Made by a program: the position numbers and the translations under genes. Below, one piece after another: positions 28,915 to 36,449 of a DNA stretch of 64,000 nucleotides (its first letter is position 1; every line of letters starts with the position of its first letter). This DNA is from Bacilli bacterium (GTDB lineage: Bacteria; Bacillota_I; Bacilli_A; RFN20; CAG-826), in NCBI GenBank assembly GCA_024408075.1, contig JAKSVK010000005.1, forward strand, positions 4,942 through 68,941. Reading direction: 5' to 3'. The notes under the pieces were generated by a model that searched no databases, had not been told where the DNA came from, and saw only the letters and a list, made by a program, of their open reading frames with translations.

Positions 28915-30411
28915 TTAGAACTGCCAAATCATTATTGTATCTGTATGTTCCCAGAATCTAGCGGTTAATCTCTTTTGAGTACAATTACAAGTAATCGACA
29001 AAGCAGTTGTCCAAATATTTGAATCATCTCTTAAAGGTTTTTCTTCTCCTGCAATATATTTAAGTAATTTTTCTTTAATGCCAGTTTTATTGTAGTACTG
29101 TGTCATTCCTTTTTGTAATTCTTGAAAGTTACGATCATCACTTGCCCAATATAAGTTTGCATTCTCTAAATAGGCCTCATATTCTTTTGAATCCCTTAAA
29201 TCACTTGGATCTTCTGAACCAGCTTTGACTCGATCAGATGCTTCTTTTAGAAGTTGAACTTGTGGGGCTAAAGGATGAGTTGGTTTGTCTGCATAAATAT
29301 CGATATATTTGCCTTCTTCATCAACTGGAATTAATCTAACATTATCACTTCTCCAGTCTAGAGATGGATTTCCATCTTTATCTTTAAAATGAACGGCTCC
29401 TGGTACTCCATTTGCATCAAAATCTTGAGTAGCATATTCAACATTCAATATTTCGTTACGCCACATAATTTTTTCCATCAAATTGGACATATCTTGTTCA
29501 CTTTGAACTTGATCAATTCTTTCAATACCAAATTGAAGTCTTCCATATCCAGATTGACCTTTAGATAAAACATTCCATTTTGGAGTGATGTAATAGTTAC
29601 CTTGTCCGTGTTGGAAAGGTAGATACATAACTTCATTACGTGCAATTTCAATTAATCCATATTCACCAGTCGCATCTCCAATCATAAAGCAAAGATTCCA
29701 GCCTGACGCTACAGACTTATCAAGCATTGTGTAAACATCCAAATCGTTTGTGATATAATCAATAGCTTCTTTTACAGTCGCACAGCTGGCGGTAACAACA
29801 AAAGGAAGAGAAACGGTACAAATTCTATTCTCTGAACCAGGATTTGTTCCACTACAAATCATATAATCTTCAAAGTCTCTCATATTATATTGTATGTATA
29901 GACCTTTTTCATTAAATGAATCGGTAGCTAATAGAGGGAGGGCATTATAATATTCTTCTGAAAGACCACTCTTTCTGAGTAAATCATCATATTTGTCACC
30001 TTCACGGAATAATTGATCATACGTAAAATTTATATTCTTGTATCTAAAACCATCAACAGGTTCAACGTGAGTGACATAACAAGGGTATTGAGAAACTGTT
30101 AAGTCAAGATTTCTTCCAATAATAACATCACCATTATTAGTTTTTGTTCCAAGAGCTGAGCATCCACCACCAGGAAGTTTAGCCCATTTATCATAACGAG
30201 CATTTGCATAAGCTAGAGCTCTATCAAAATCAAAATGAGTGTGTGTGTCAACATCAATAACATAATGTCCTAAGTCAGTGAAATTTTCATACCTTGCATT
30301 TGCAACATCCCATTTATAAATAGCACCTTTAAATGGTTGATTATTGCTATTTCCACCACAACCAACAAGTAAGCCTACAATAGGCAAAAAACATAAAGCA
30401 AATTTTTTCAT
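28915..30411 (-). CDS. Linear amide C-N hydrolase (choloylglycine hydrolase/penicillin V acylase/NAAA-type Ntn family), predicted lipoprotein
   Basis: Lipobox LLVGC (Cys18). An Ntn-type nucleophile context, PGGGCSALGTKTNNGDVIIGRNLDL, has its Cys at residue 84 (codon 30160-30162). The 498 aa length includes ~150 aa beyond a typical family member. Confidence 0.65.
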   Translation of the reverse strand: MKKFALCFLPIVGLLVGCGGNSNNQPFKGAIYKWDVANARYENFTDLGHYVIDVDTHTHFDFDRALAYANARYDKWAKLPGGGCSALGTKTNNGDVIIGRNLDLTVSQYPCYVTHVEPVDGFRYKNINFTYDQLFREGDKYDDLLRKSGLSEEYYNALPLLATDSFNEKGLYIQYNMRDFEDYMICSGTNPGSENRICTVSLPFVVTASCATVKEAIDYITNDLDVYTMLDKSVASGWNLCFMIGDATGEYGLIEIARNEVMYLPFQHGQGNYYITPKWNVLSKGQSGYGRLQFGIERIDQVQSEQDMSNLMEKIMWRNEILNVEYATQDFDANGVPGAVHFKDKDGNPSLDWRSDNVRLIPVDEEGKYIDIYADKPTHPLAPQVQLLKEASDRVKAGSEDPSDLRDSKEYEAYLENANLYWASDDRNFQELQKGMTQYYNKTGIKEKLLKYIAGEEKPLRDDSNIWTTALSITCNCTQKRLTARFWEHTDTIMIWQF

Positions 30412-30545
30412 TATCCTTAATTCCCTTTCTATTTACTTTTTATTATAATAAATAAAACGATTTAAATAAATAAATAAAAAACTTCGGAGTTTCAGCAATT
30501 TAAAAATAGTAAATATTTTAAGAATTTTTTTCCAAAATTTTTAAA

Positions 30546-31100
30546 CTACATATTAAATTCATCTTGAGCAATATATCCAATAGATGTTCTTTTAAATACT
30601 TGTACTGCACCACTTAAGCCATAAATTAACCAAGCAATTCCAAAGATTGTTGCCATAATATATGGTGATTTAATAAATATCATACAAAGAATACCTAAAA
30701 TTAAAGTAATGATTCCTTTAATCAATCTAAATATCCATCTTTTGCCATCGCTATTTTTAATTTCGATTGCTCTTAAAATGTCTATTCCAGCAAATATAGT
30801 TAAAAGAATAATGAAATATAGCATAGCTAACTCAGAATGTTTAATAGTCACAAAAAACGACACTAATCCAAAATCTAATAAAATAATATTGTTAATAAGA
30901 ATTCTTCTACCGCCAATCATATTTTTGGCGCTAGTAAAATAGTACACCAATCCTTTCAAAGCCTTGATTGAAATTAATATACCAATAATAAATGCAATAA
31001 TATCTGAGCTTGAATCAATAGGCAAAATTAAAACAATTACACCAATGCAAATCATAATAAGACTTAAAAATAATTGAAAAAATCGTCTAAATTTACTCAT
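30546..31100 (-). CDS. Polytopic membrane protein (HdeD/DUF308-like?)
   Basis: 184 aa with about 6 hydrophobic helices carrying repeated G/I-rich segments. Its start overlaps the upstream ORF stop by 8 nt. Confidence 0.4.
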   Translation of the reverse strand: MSKFRRFFQLFLSLIMICIGVIVLILPIDSSSDIIAFIIGILISIKALKGLVYYFTSAKNMIGGRRILINNIILLDFGLVSFFVTIKHSELAMLYFIILLTIFAGIDILRAIEIKNSDGKRWIFRLIKGIITLILGILCMIFIKSPYIMATIFGIAWLIYGLSGAVQVFKRTSIGYIAQDEFNM

Positions 31101-32238
31101 GTTTTTTAACCTTTAGTTCGTGTTTAAGGAGTTTCCAATAATCTTTCAATCCATGAATAGAAACTCCGTGATATTCAACTGAATACCCAGCAAGCAAGTT
31201 ATTACTTTTATAAATTCTATTGGTAATCATACTTTTATGCTGAAGTGCTGAATAACAATAATTAGTAAAGTACGTCACATCTTTATTTTTGGCTTTAATA
31301 TGATCATTTTGATATTCAAAAACATCAAATGGTTTAATTTTTGTATGACTTAATTCTTCACCAAATTCTCTCCAATCATCACTAGCATCTAATTGTCTTT
31401 TGCCAATAATAGTTTTCACTCTTTCCTCATATACACCCAGAGGTTCATATGTATTTAATTTAAACTCATCAATTGTACCCCTTAAATACTTCAATGCATA
31501 AACCATTTGGGAAAAAGCATAAAAATAATCACTTGGATTATCTTTAATAATCATTTCATAATCAGCCCAAGCAGGCATATATTTATATTTAATAAATGAA
31601 AGATCTGGTAAATGCCCTGCTCTACCATGTCCTAAATTCATGATGTTGTTCTCATTTGTTTGATATAAAGATTTAGTGTACCTTCTTTTGTCTATATTAT
31701 CCGCCTTACCAAGACTATGAACAAAGTTTAACAAATATTCTTTGCCATTATAAACTTCATAGAAATGACGTTCGGTGTTGTTGATAACAAAAGAAGGTGT
31801 TCCAACAAAATTACGGTGTGCCCAAGTATCGGCTAAAACATGCATTGCCATTCCAACGCCTTCTAAAGAAGCATTTTTAGCAAGTTTAATTGTATCAATG
31901 AGTAATTTACCATTAGGCTGACAAATTAAACGATATTTGCTTCTGTAATTTTTCCCACCACGTTTAACTGGAGCATATAAGTCCCCTGGAAGAAAATGAA
32001 AACATGACCAAATTCTTGTTATTTCTTGTAAGCCTAATACATCAGTATTGAAGTCTATGAGTTCAAAATCAGTTTGAGTTGTAGCTGATGAAGCGGGAAG
32101 GCCTGCAATTTCAAGCATAGTAACACTACAATAATCTACAAAATTAGCAGCATAGGCAATTCTACGCGCTTCTTCACTATTATATCCCGCGATTATAGAG
32201 GCACAATATGTAGCGTAAAAATGAAAATCAGCGTTCAT
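31093..32238 (-). CDS. Hypothetical soluble protein with His/Asp-rich putative metal-binding motifs
   Basis: 381 aa with no signal peptide. Motifs are FHFYATY (N-terminus), CFHFLPGD, MHVLADTWAHRNF and LGHGRAGHLPD. No family is assigned with confidence. Confidence 0.4.
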   Translation of the reverse strand: MNADFHFYATYCASIIAGYNSEEARRIAYAANFVDYCSVTMLEIAGLPASSATTQTDFELIDFNTDVLGLQEITRIWSCFHFLPGDLYAPVKRGGKNYRSKYRLICQPNGKLLIDTIKLAKNASLEGVGMAMHVLADTWAHRNFVGTPSFVINNTERHFYEVYNGKEYLLNFVHSLGKADNIDKRRYTKSLYQTNENNIMNLGHGRAGHLPDLSFIKYKYMPAWADYEMIIKDNPSDYFYAFSQMVYALKYLRGTIDEFKLNTYEPLGVYEERVKTIIGKRQLDASDDWREFGEELSHTKIKPFDVFEYQNDHIKAKNKDVTYFTNYCYSALQHKSMITNRIYKSNNLLAGYSVEYHGVSIHGLKDYWKLLKHELKVKKHE

Positions 32239-32722
32239 ATTTGCCCTCCTTAATCAAATTTTCATATCTTCGTAGTAGAAAAGCAGAAATTATTAATCTA
32301 ATAATAAAATAAAGGAAAATAACTTCGAACACAGAAAAAGCAACGTACAATAAATCCAACTCACGAGAAGTAATTTGAGCATATAAATCATAACCTGTAG
32401 AGAGAATACTAGTTATAGCCAATGGAATAGATAGGATGCAAATTGCAAGACCTCTTTTTTTGTCTTTTTTTCCTTCTTGAATAGAAAAAATTCCGGTTAA
32501 AACAGAAAAGATGTAAAAAAGAGAATAAGTAGTTGTATAAATTGAGACATATGTTATTGCAGATTGTCCATCCATAGTCGGATAATAAGTAGGCAAAATA
32601 TCATAAGCCCAAATAACTGTCTTAACTATACCCCATAAAAGAAAAACAATAATTCCATAGCCACAAGTAGCTAGAACATCTTTATTTTTCCTAATTAGTT
32701 TTTCTATTAAAGATAATTTCAT
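32228..32722 (-). CDS. Small 4-TM membrane protein, first gene of a coupled three-gene operon
   Basis: 164 aa with four hydrophobic segments. Its stop overlaps the next ORF start by 11 nt. Confidence 0.45.
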   Translation of the reverse strand: MKLSLIEKLIRKNKDVLATCGYGIIVFLLWGIVKTVIWAYDILPTYYPTMDGQSAITYVSIYTTTYSLFYIFSVLTGIFSIQEGKKDKKRGLAICILSIPLAITSILSTGYDLYAQITSRELDLLYVAFSVFEVIFLYFIIRLIISAFLLRRYENLIKEGKYER

Positions 32723-32729
32723 TAACTTT

Positions 32730-32758
32730 ATTATATAAATTTGACTTATCTATTTGAA
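32730..32758 (-). promoter_or_regulatory. Sigma-A-type promoter TTCAAA-N17-TATAAT, predicted to give a leaderless mRNA
   Basis: On the minus strand the -35 is at 32758-32753 and the -10 at 32735-32730. Only 7 nt (aaagtta) separate the -10 from ATG 32722, with no Shine-Dalgarno sequence. Confidence 0.45.
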
Positions 32759-32951
32759 TAAGATTTGCATTTTAAAGCAAATTTAATTAATAATTGCTTC
32801 CATAATTTGCCTAATCTTGGGGTTTCCACATAAAGTCTTTTGTGGACATGAATAATACAATATAATTGTATATTTTCACGAATTTTATGCAATTAAAATG
32901 TTTTTAGGGTGAATTTCTTATAAATTAAAAAGCGATTTTTCACCCTAAATT

Positions 32952-32980
32952 TAAAGAAAAATCGGCATAACACCGATTTC
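32952..32980 (-). terminator. Rho-independent terminator of the tRNA(CAU)-tRNA-Ser unit
   Basis: Minus-strand RNA reads AAAUCGG-UGUUAUG-CCGAUUU followed by UUCUUUAAAUUU. An 8-bp hairpin (32998-33016) lies just after tRNA-Ser and before this terminator. Confidence 0.55.
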
Positions 32981-33027
32981 TTTAATTTTATGTTTAATTC
33001 GTCTAAATTAGACGAAACAACATCTAA

Positions 33028-33119
33028 TGGCGGAGAATTAGAGATTCGAACTCTAGCGGGGCTTGCACCCCCTATCGGTTTTCAAGACCGACCCCTTCAG
33101 CCAGCTTGGGTAATTCTCC
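33028..33119 (-). tRNA. tRNA-Ser (anticodon UGA), class II, CCA encoded
   Basis: Hand-folded: GGAGAAT acceptor, anticodon arm TCGGT-CTTGAAA-ACCGA, long variable arm, T-loop TTCGAAT, 3' GCCA. Confidence 0.85.
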
Positions 33120-33123
33120 ATTT

Positions 33124-33198
33124 TGGTGGACCCAGCAGATCCTGACACTGCAACCGCTCGGTTATGGGCCGAGAGCTCTTCCTTTGAGCTATGGGTCC
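33124..33198 (-). tRNA. tRNA with CAU anticodon (Met or lysidine-type Ile2), with atypical conserved positions
   Basis: Perfect 7-bp acceptor GGACCCA/TGGGTCC plus ACCA, and a D-loop with GG. The anticodon loop is CCCATAA (C at position 33) and the T-loop is GTCAGGA rather than TTCRANN. The closing T-stem pair is a T-T mismatch. Confidence 0.6.
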
Positions 33199-33214
33199 TT
33201 ATGACGCAAAAATG

Positions 33215-33223
33215 ATTATACCA
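33215..33223 (-). promoter_or_regulatory. Extended -10 (TGgTATAAT) upstream of tRNA(CAU)
   Basis: The minus strand reads ttttggTATAATcatttttgcgtcataa followed by the tRNA 5' end at 33198. Confidence 0.4.
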
Positions 33224-33286
33224 AAACAAGTTAAAAATAAAAATATAAATTTATAAATAAATATACGAATTTTTATTACTTTAAAA

Positions 33287-33314
33287 TTAAAAAAAGCAAC
33301 CACATCGTGATTGC
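33287..33314 (-). terminator. Rho-independent terminator of mgtC
   Basis: Minus-strand RNA reads GCAAUCAC-GAU-GUGGUUGC (8 bp including one G-U) followed by UUUUUUUAAUUUU. It begins 25 nt after the mgtC stop. Confidence 0.7.
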
Positions 33315-33338
33315 AATTTTATTAAAATAAAAATTCAA

Positions 33339-34109
33339 TTAATGATGGTTTAATACTTGAACGCTTTTAACCGATCCAGTTTTTTCAAGAGCAATAGTAA
33401 GTTCATTAACATCTACTTCTCTGCCATTTTCACCAGCAACTTTAAAAGTTACTTCAACACATTGATCAGAACCATTTTGAATCATTTGAGAATTAATATC
33501 ACTAATTGTGTAATGTAATTCATTACCAATAGTTAATAAATTAGTCATAATTGGAGAAGAAGCATCAGAAATAACAACAAACATTGGATTACTTCTATTA
33601 ACTTTTCTTTCAAGTCTTCTAAATGAAACAAGAATAACCATGACAACTAAGGTGCAAGAAATTGCAAGAACAAAGTTCATGGAACCACATGCAAGACCAA
33701 TTGCCATCACAAGCCAAATTGTAGATGCTGTTGTTAATCCTTTAATTCCACCTTGATTATGAATAATAGCTCCGGCGCCTAAAAATCCAACACCAGTAAC
33801 TACTTGAGCAGCAAGTCTTGCTACATCTCTACTTGATGATCCATCAGCATTAAATGAAACTGCTGCAGGAAATCCATAAATAGATATAATCATTACAATA
33901 CATGAACCAACACCAACTAATAAGTGTGTTCTAAGTCCAGCGCTACGGCCTTTCTTTTCTCTTTCTAAGCCAACTGCTCCACAAAGTAAAACAGATAATA
34001 TAACAGCAATAGTACATAAAATTAAATTGCCCCATGGCCAATCTCCACCTAAATTAAAATTTGAATTAAAAAACTCGGCAATTTTTTGGTCAATTGTAGT
34101 AACTCCCAT
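33339..34109 (-). CDS. mgtC: MgtC/SapB-family membrane protein
   Basis: GLEREKKGRSAGLRTHLLVGVGSC and GAGAIIHNQGGIKGLTTAS, with a C-terminal soluble domain. AAGGAGG Shine-Dalgarno sequence. Confidence 0.85.
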   Translation of the reverse strand: MGVTTIDQKIAEFFNSNFNLGGDWPWGNLILCTIAVILSVLLCGAVGLEREKKGRSAGLRTHLLVGVGSCIVMIISIYGFPAAVSFNADGSSSRDVARLAAQVVTGVGFLGAGAIIHNQGGIKGLTTASTIWLVMAIGLACGSMNFVLAISCTLVVMVILVSFRRLERKVNRSNPMFVVISDASSPIMTNLLTIGNELHYTISDINSQMIQNGSDQCVEVTFKVAGENGREVDVNELTIALEKTGSVKSVQVLNHH

Positions 34110-34202
34110 AAAGGATCCTCCTTAAGTAATTACTTTGATATGAATATTATAACATATATAAATAATAAAATATATTAATAATTATTAATATAGAATAACA
34201 TT

Positions 34203-34276
34203 TGGAGCACCCAGCGGGAATCGAACCCGTATATTCAGCTTGGGAAGCTAACATTCTACCATTGAATTATGGGTGC
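34203..34276 (-). tRNA. tRNA-Gly (anticodon CCC)
   Basis: Hand-folded: GCACCCA acceptor, anticodon loop TTCCCAA, T-loop TTCGATT, discriminator U plus CCA. Confidence 0.8.
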
Positions 34277-34285
34277 TTAAGAGAA

Positions 34286-34307
34286 AGGGCAGCAACTAAG
34301 CTGCCCT
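34286..34307 (-). terminator. GC-rich hairpin between tRNA-Val and tRNA-Gly (attenuator or processing signal)
   Basis: Minus-strand RNA reads AGGGCAGC-UUAGUU-GCUGCCCU followed by UUCUCUUAA and then the tRNA-Gly 5' end. Confidence 0.4.
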
Positions 34308-34319
34308 ATATCATCAATA

Positions 34320-34395
34320 TGGTGGGTACTGACGGGATCGAACCGCCGACCTTCTGTACGTCAAACAGATGCTCTCCCAGCTGAGCTAAATACCC
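34320..34395 (-). tRNA. tRNA-Val (anticodon GAC)
   Basis: Hand-folded: GGGTATT acceptor, anticodon arm TCTGT-TTGACGT-ACAGA, T-loop TTCGATC, ACCA. Confidence 0.8.
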
Positions 34396-34401
34396 AATTT
34401 C

Positions 34402-34478
34402 TGGTGCCGACTATAGGAATTGAACCTACAACCTACTGATTACGATTCAGTTGCTCTACCAGATTAAGCTAAGTCGGC
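34402..34478 (-). tRNA. tRNA-Thr (anticodon CGU)
   Basis: Hand-folded: GCCGACT acceptor, anticodon arm ACTGA-ATCGTAA-TCAGT, T-loop TTCAATT, ACCA. Confidence 0.85.
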
Positions 34479-34494
34479 AACTAACCGCTTTGAT

Positions 34495-34523
34495 ATAATA
34501 TGATAAATTTAATTTTGTTTCAA
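34495..34523 (-). promoter_or_regulatory. Promoter TTGAAA-N17-TATTAT for the tRNA-Thr/Val/Gly unit
   Basis: On the minus strand the -35 is at 34523-34518 and the -10 at 34500-34495. The tRNA-Thr 5' end lies 16 nt downstream of the -10. Confidence 0.5.
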
Positions 34524-34544
34524 TAATTATTGTTATAAATACAC

Positions 34545-34575
34545 TAAAAAATAAAAAACCTTCATAGAAGGTTTA
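34545..34575 (-). terminator. Rho-independent terminator after tRNA-Leu(CAA)
   Basis: Minus-strand RNA reads AAACCUUC-UAU-GAAGGUUU followed by UUUAUUUUUU. Confidence 0.6.
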
Positions 34576-34582
34576 TTATAAA

Positions 34583-34668
34583 TGGTGCCCGAGGACGGAA
34601 TCGAACCGACATGGCTGTTAACCGGAAGATTTTGAGTCTTCTGCGTCTACCAGTTTCACCACTCGGGC
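34583..34668 (-). tRNA. tRNA-Leu (anticodon CAA), class II
   Basis: Hand-folded: GCCCGAG acceptor, anticodon arm GAAGA-CTCAAAA-TCTTC, long variable arm, T-loop TTCGATT, ACCA. Confidence 0.85.
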
Positions 34669-34732
34669 AACGAAATTTATTATATATAAAGAATAAATAA
34701 TATTAAATGTTTTTCAAAAAATAAAACGTGGA

Positions 34733-34815
34733 TGGTGTGGCCAGAGAGACTTGAACTCACATGATTGCTCACTAGCGTCTGAAACTAGCGCGTCTACCAA
34801 TTCCGCCATGACCAC
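34733..34815 (-). tRNA. tRNA-Leu (anticodon CAG), class II
   Basis: Hand-folded: GTGGTCA acceptor, anticodon arm CTAGT-TTCAGAC-GCTAG, variable arm, T-loop TTCAAGT, ACCA. The 5' end is 3 nt after the stop of the upstream CDS. Confidence 0.8.
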
Positions 34816-34818
34816 AAT

Positions 34819-36447
34819 TTATATACCACGTTTCTTGTTTTCTTCTAATTGTAGTTTCTCAAAATTTACCTTGTGATATTTAGTGTAAGGAAGTTTATCA
34901 ACAAACTCAATTTCTTTTGGAATAGCCCAACTAATTAAATTCTTTTTACATTGATCAATAATCTTTTCTTTGTCTTCGCTTGAAGCCACAACGAAAACTT
35001 TTACAGCATGAATTGTTTTTTCGTCAGGAATTTCAATAGCACAACAATTTTTAACAAAAGACAATCTAGAAATAACAGATTCAATTTCATTAGGGAAAAC
35101 CGCAACTCCTGATACTTTAATAACACGTTTTTTACGTGATACAAAGTATACGAATCCATCTTCATCGATGTATCCTACATCTCCTGTTCTTAAATAACCA
35201 TTTTCATAAACATTCTTACTACTTTCTGGATTGTTATAATAACCAATCATGCTTGTTTTGCTTTTAATTGAAATCTCGCCAATTTTATTAGGCTCAAGAA
35301 TATTTCCATCATCATCAAGAATTCTAAAAGATACTCCTTTTAAAGGATAACCAACCGATCCATATTTATGATGAGCATGAGTATTAACGGCAGAAACAGA
35401 AAGAACTTCAGTTAAACCATACCCTTCAAACAAGCGGCATTTACTCTTATGTTTCACCATCAAATTATCAAAATTTTCTTTAATAACAGATGAAAGTGAG
35501 TCGCCACCTGAAAAGCATGAACATAAATTCTTAATATATTTATTTTTAGCAAAACCATTATCACTAATTAATGTTTTATAAACAGTAGGAACAGCACAAA
35601 TACATGAGCAGACTTTTATCCTACGCATAGGTCGTGAAATTTGAGATGGTCTATATTTAGGAATCAAAACTATACCCATCCTATTAACTAATGGAGCATG
35701 CATAGACATACAAAGACCAAAACCATGGAAACTTGGAAGAATACTAATTAGTGGTTTTCCAATAAGCTCTTCTTCACTCATGCACATTATTTCAGGTGTT
35801 AATTCTGCTGTGTAATTAAATGGGGTAGATGAAAGCATAATGGTTTTAGATTCACCAGTTGTAGAAGCACTATGAAGTAAAACGCATGGTTCATTATGAG
35901 TTAAGACAATTTCCTGAGAAGGTGTCTTATTTGTTTTAAATTTTCTATAGAAATTAAATCTTGTATTAGTACTTAATGCTCTTTTTTGAGCTTTAGATGC
36001 TAAATCATAAACAGTTCTTAAAGCTTTATCAAAAAAGTATGTTTGAATATCACATAAAACAATATTTCCATCAAATTTCTTATAATCATTAATTTGTTTA
36101 TAAACTTTTCGATCAAGTAAAAATGCTACTTTACAATTAGACTCATTATAAAATTTTTGCATTCCTGCCATTGGAGTATGAGGATGCACCATGTTACAAA
36201 TTGCTCCAATTTTATTTACAGCATAAAGTAAGATGATAGTCTGTGGAATATTAGGAAGCGAAATTAAAACTGTATCACCTTTCGAAACAAAATAATCGTT
36301 TTGAAGAATAGAAGCCATACGTTCAATCTGAGCATCTAATTTTCCATAAGAAATTTTAGTAGAAAAATAATAGATAGCTGTTGCATTTGGATTGGCATCA
36401 GCTGCTCTTTTGAATGCTTGATAGAGGGTTAAATCTGTAAGTTTCAT
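34819..36447 (-). CDS. Adenylate-forming (ANL) acyl-CoA/acyl-AMP ligase
   Basis: A3-like LLHSASTTGESKTIML, GYGLTE, LRTGDVGYIDEDGF and VSRKKRVIKVSG, with a C-terminal Lys region PYTKYHKV. Confidence 0.8.
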   Translation of the reverse strand: MKLTDLTLYQAFKRAADANPNATAIYYFSTKISYGKLDAQIERMASILQNDYFVSKGDTVLISLPNIPQTIILLYAVNKIGAICNMVHPHTPMAGMQKFYNESNCKVAFLLDRKVYKQINDYKKFDGNIVLCDIQTYFFDKALRTVYDLASKAQKRALSTNTRFNFYRKFKTNKTPSQEIVLTHNEPCVLLHSASTTGESKTIMLSSTPFNYTAELTPEIMCMSEEELIGKPLISILPSFHGFGLCMSMHAPLVNRMGIVLIPKYRPSQISRPMRRIKVCSCICAVPTVYKTLISDNGFAKNKYIKNLCSCFSGGDSLSSVIKENFDNLMVKHKSKCRLFEGYGLTEVLSVSAVNTHAHHKYGSVGYPLKGVSFRILDDDGNILEPNKIGEISIKSKTSMIGYYNNPESSKNVYENGYLRTGDVGYIDEDGFVYFVSRKKRVIKVSGVAVFPNEIESVISRLSFVKNCCAIEIPDEKTIHAVKVFVVASSEDKEKIIDQCKKNLISWAIPKEIEFVDKLPYTKYHKVNFEKLQLEENKKRGI

Positions 36448-36449
36448 AT

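Noticed and set aside
34202-34384. 60-aa plus-strand ORF with a TTG start
   Set aside because: It is the reverse complement of tRNA-Gly, the spacer hairpin and tRNA-Val, so the open frame is a by-product of tRNA sequence.
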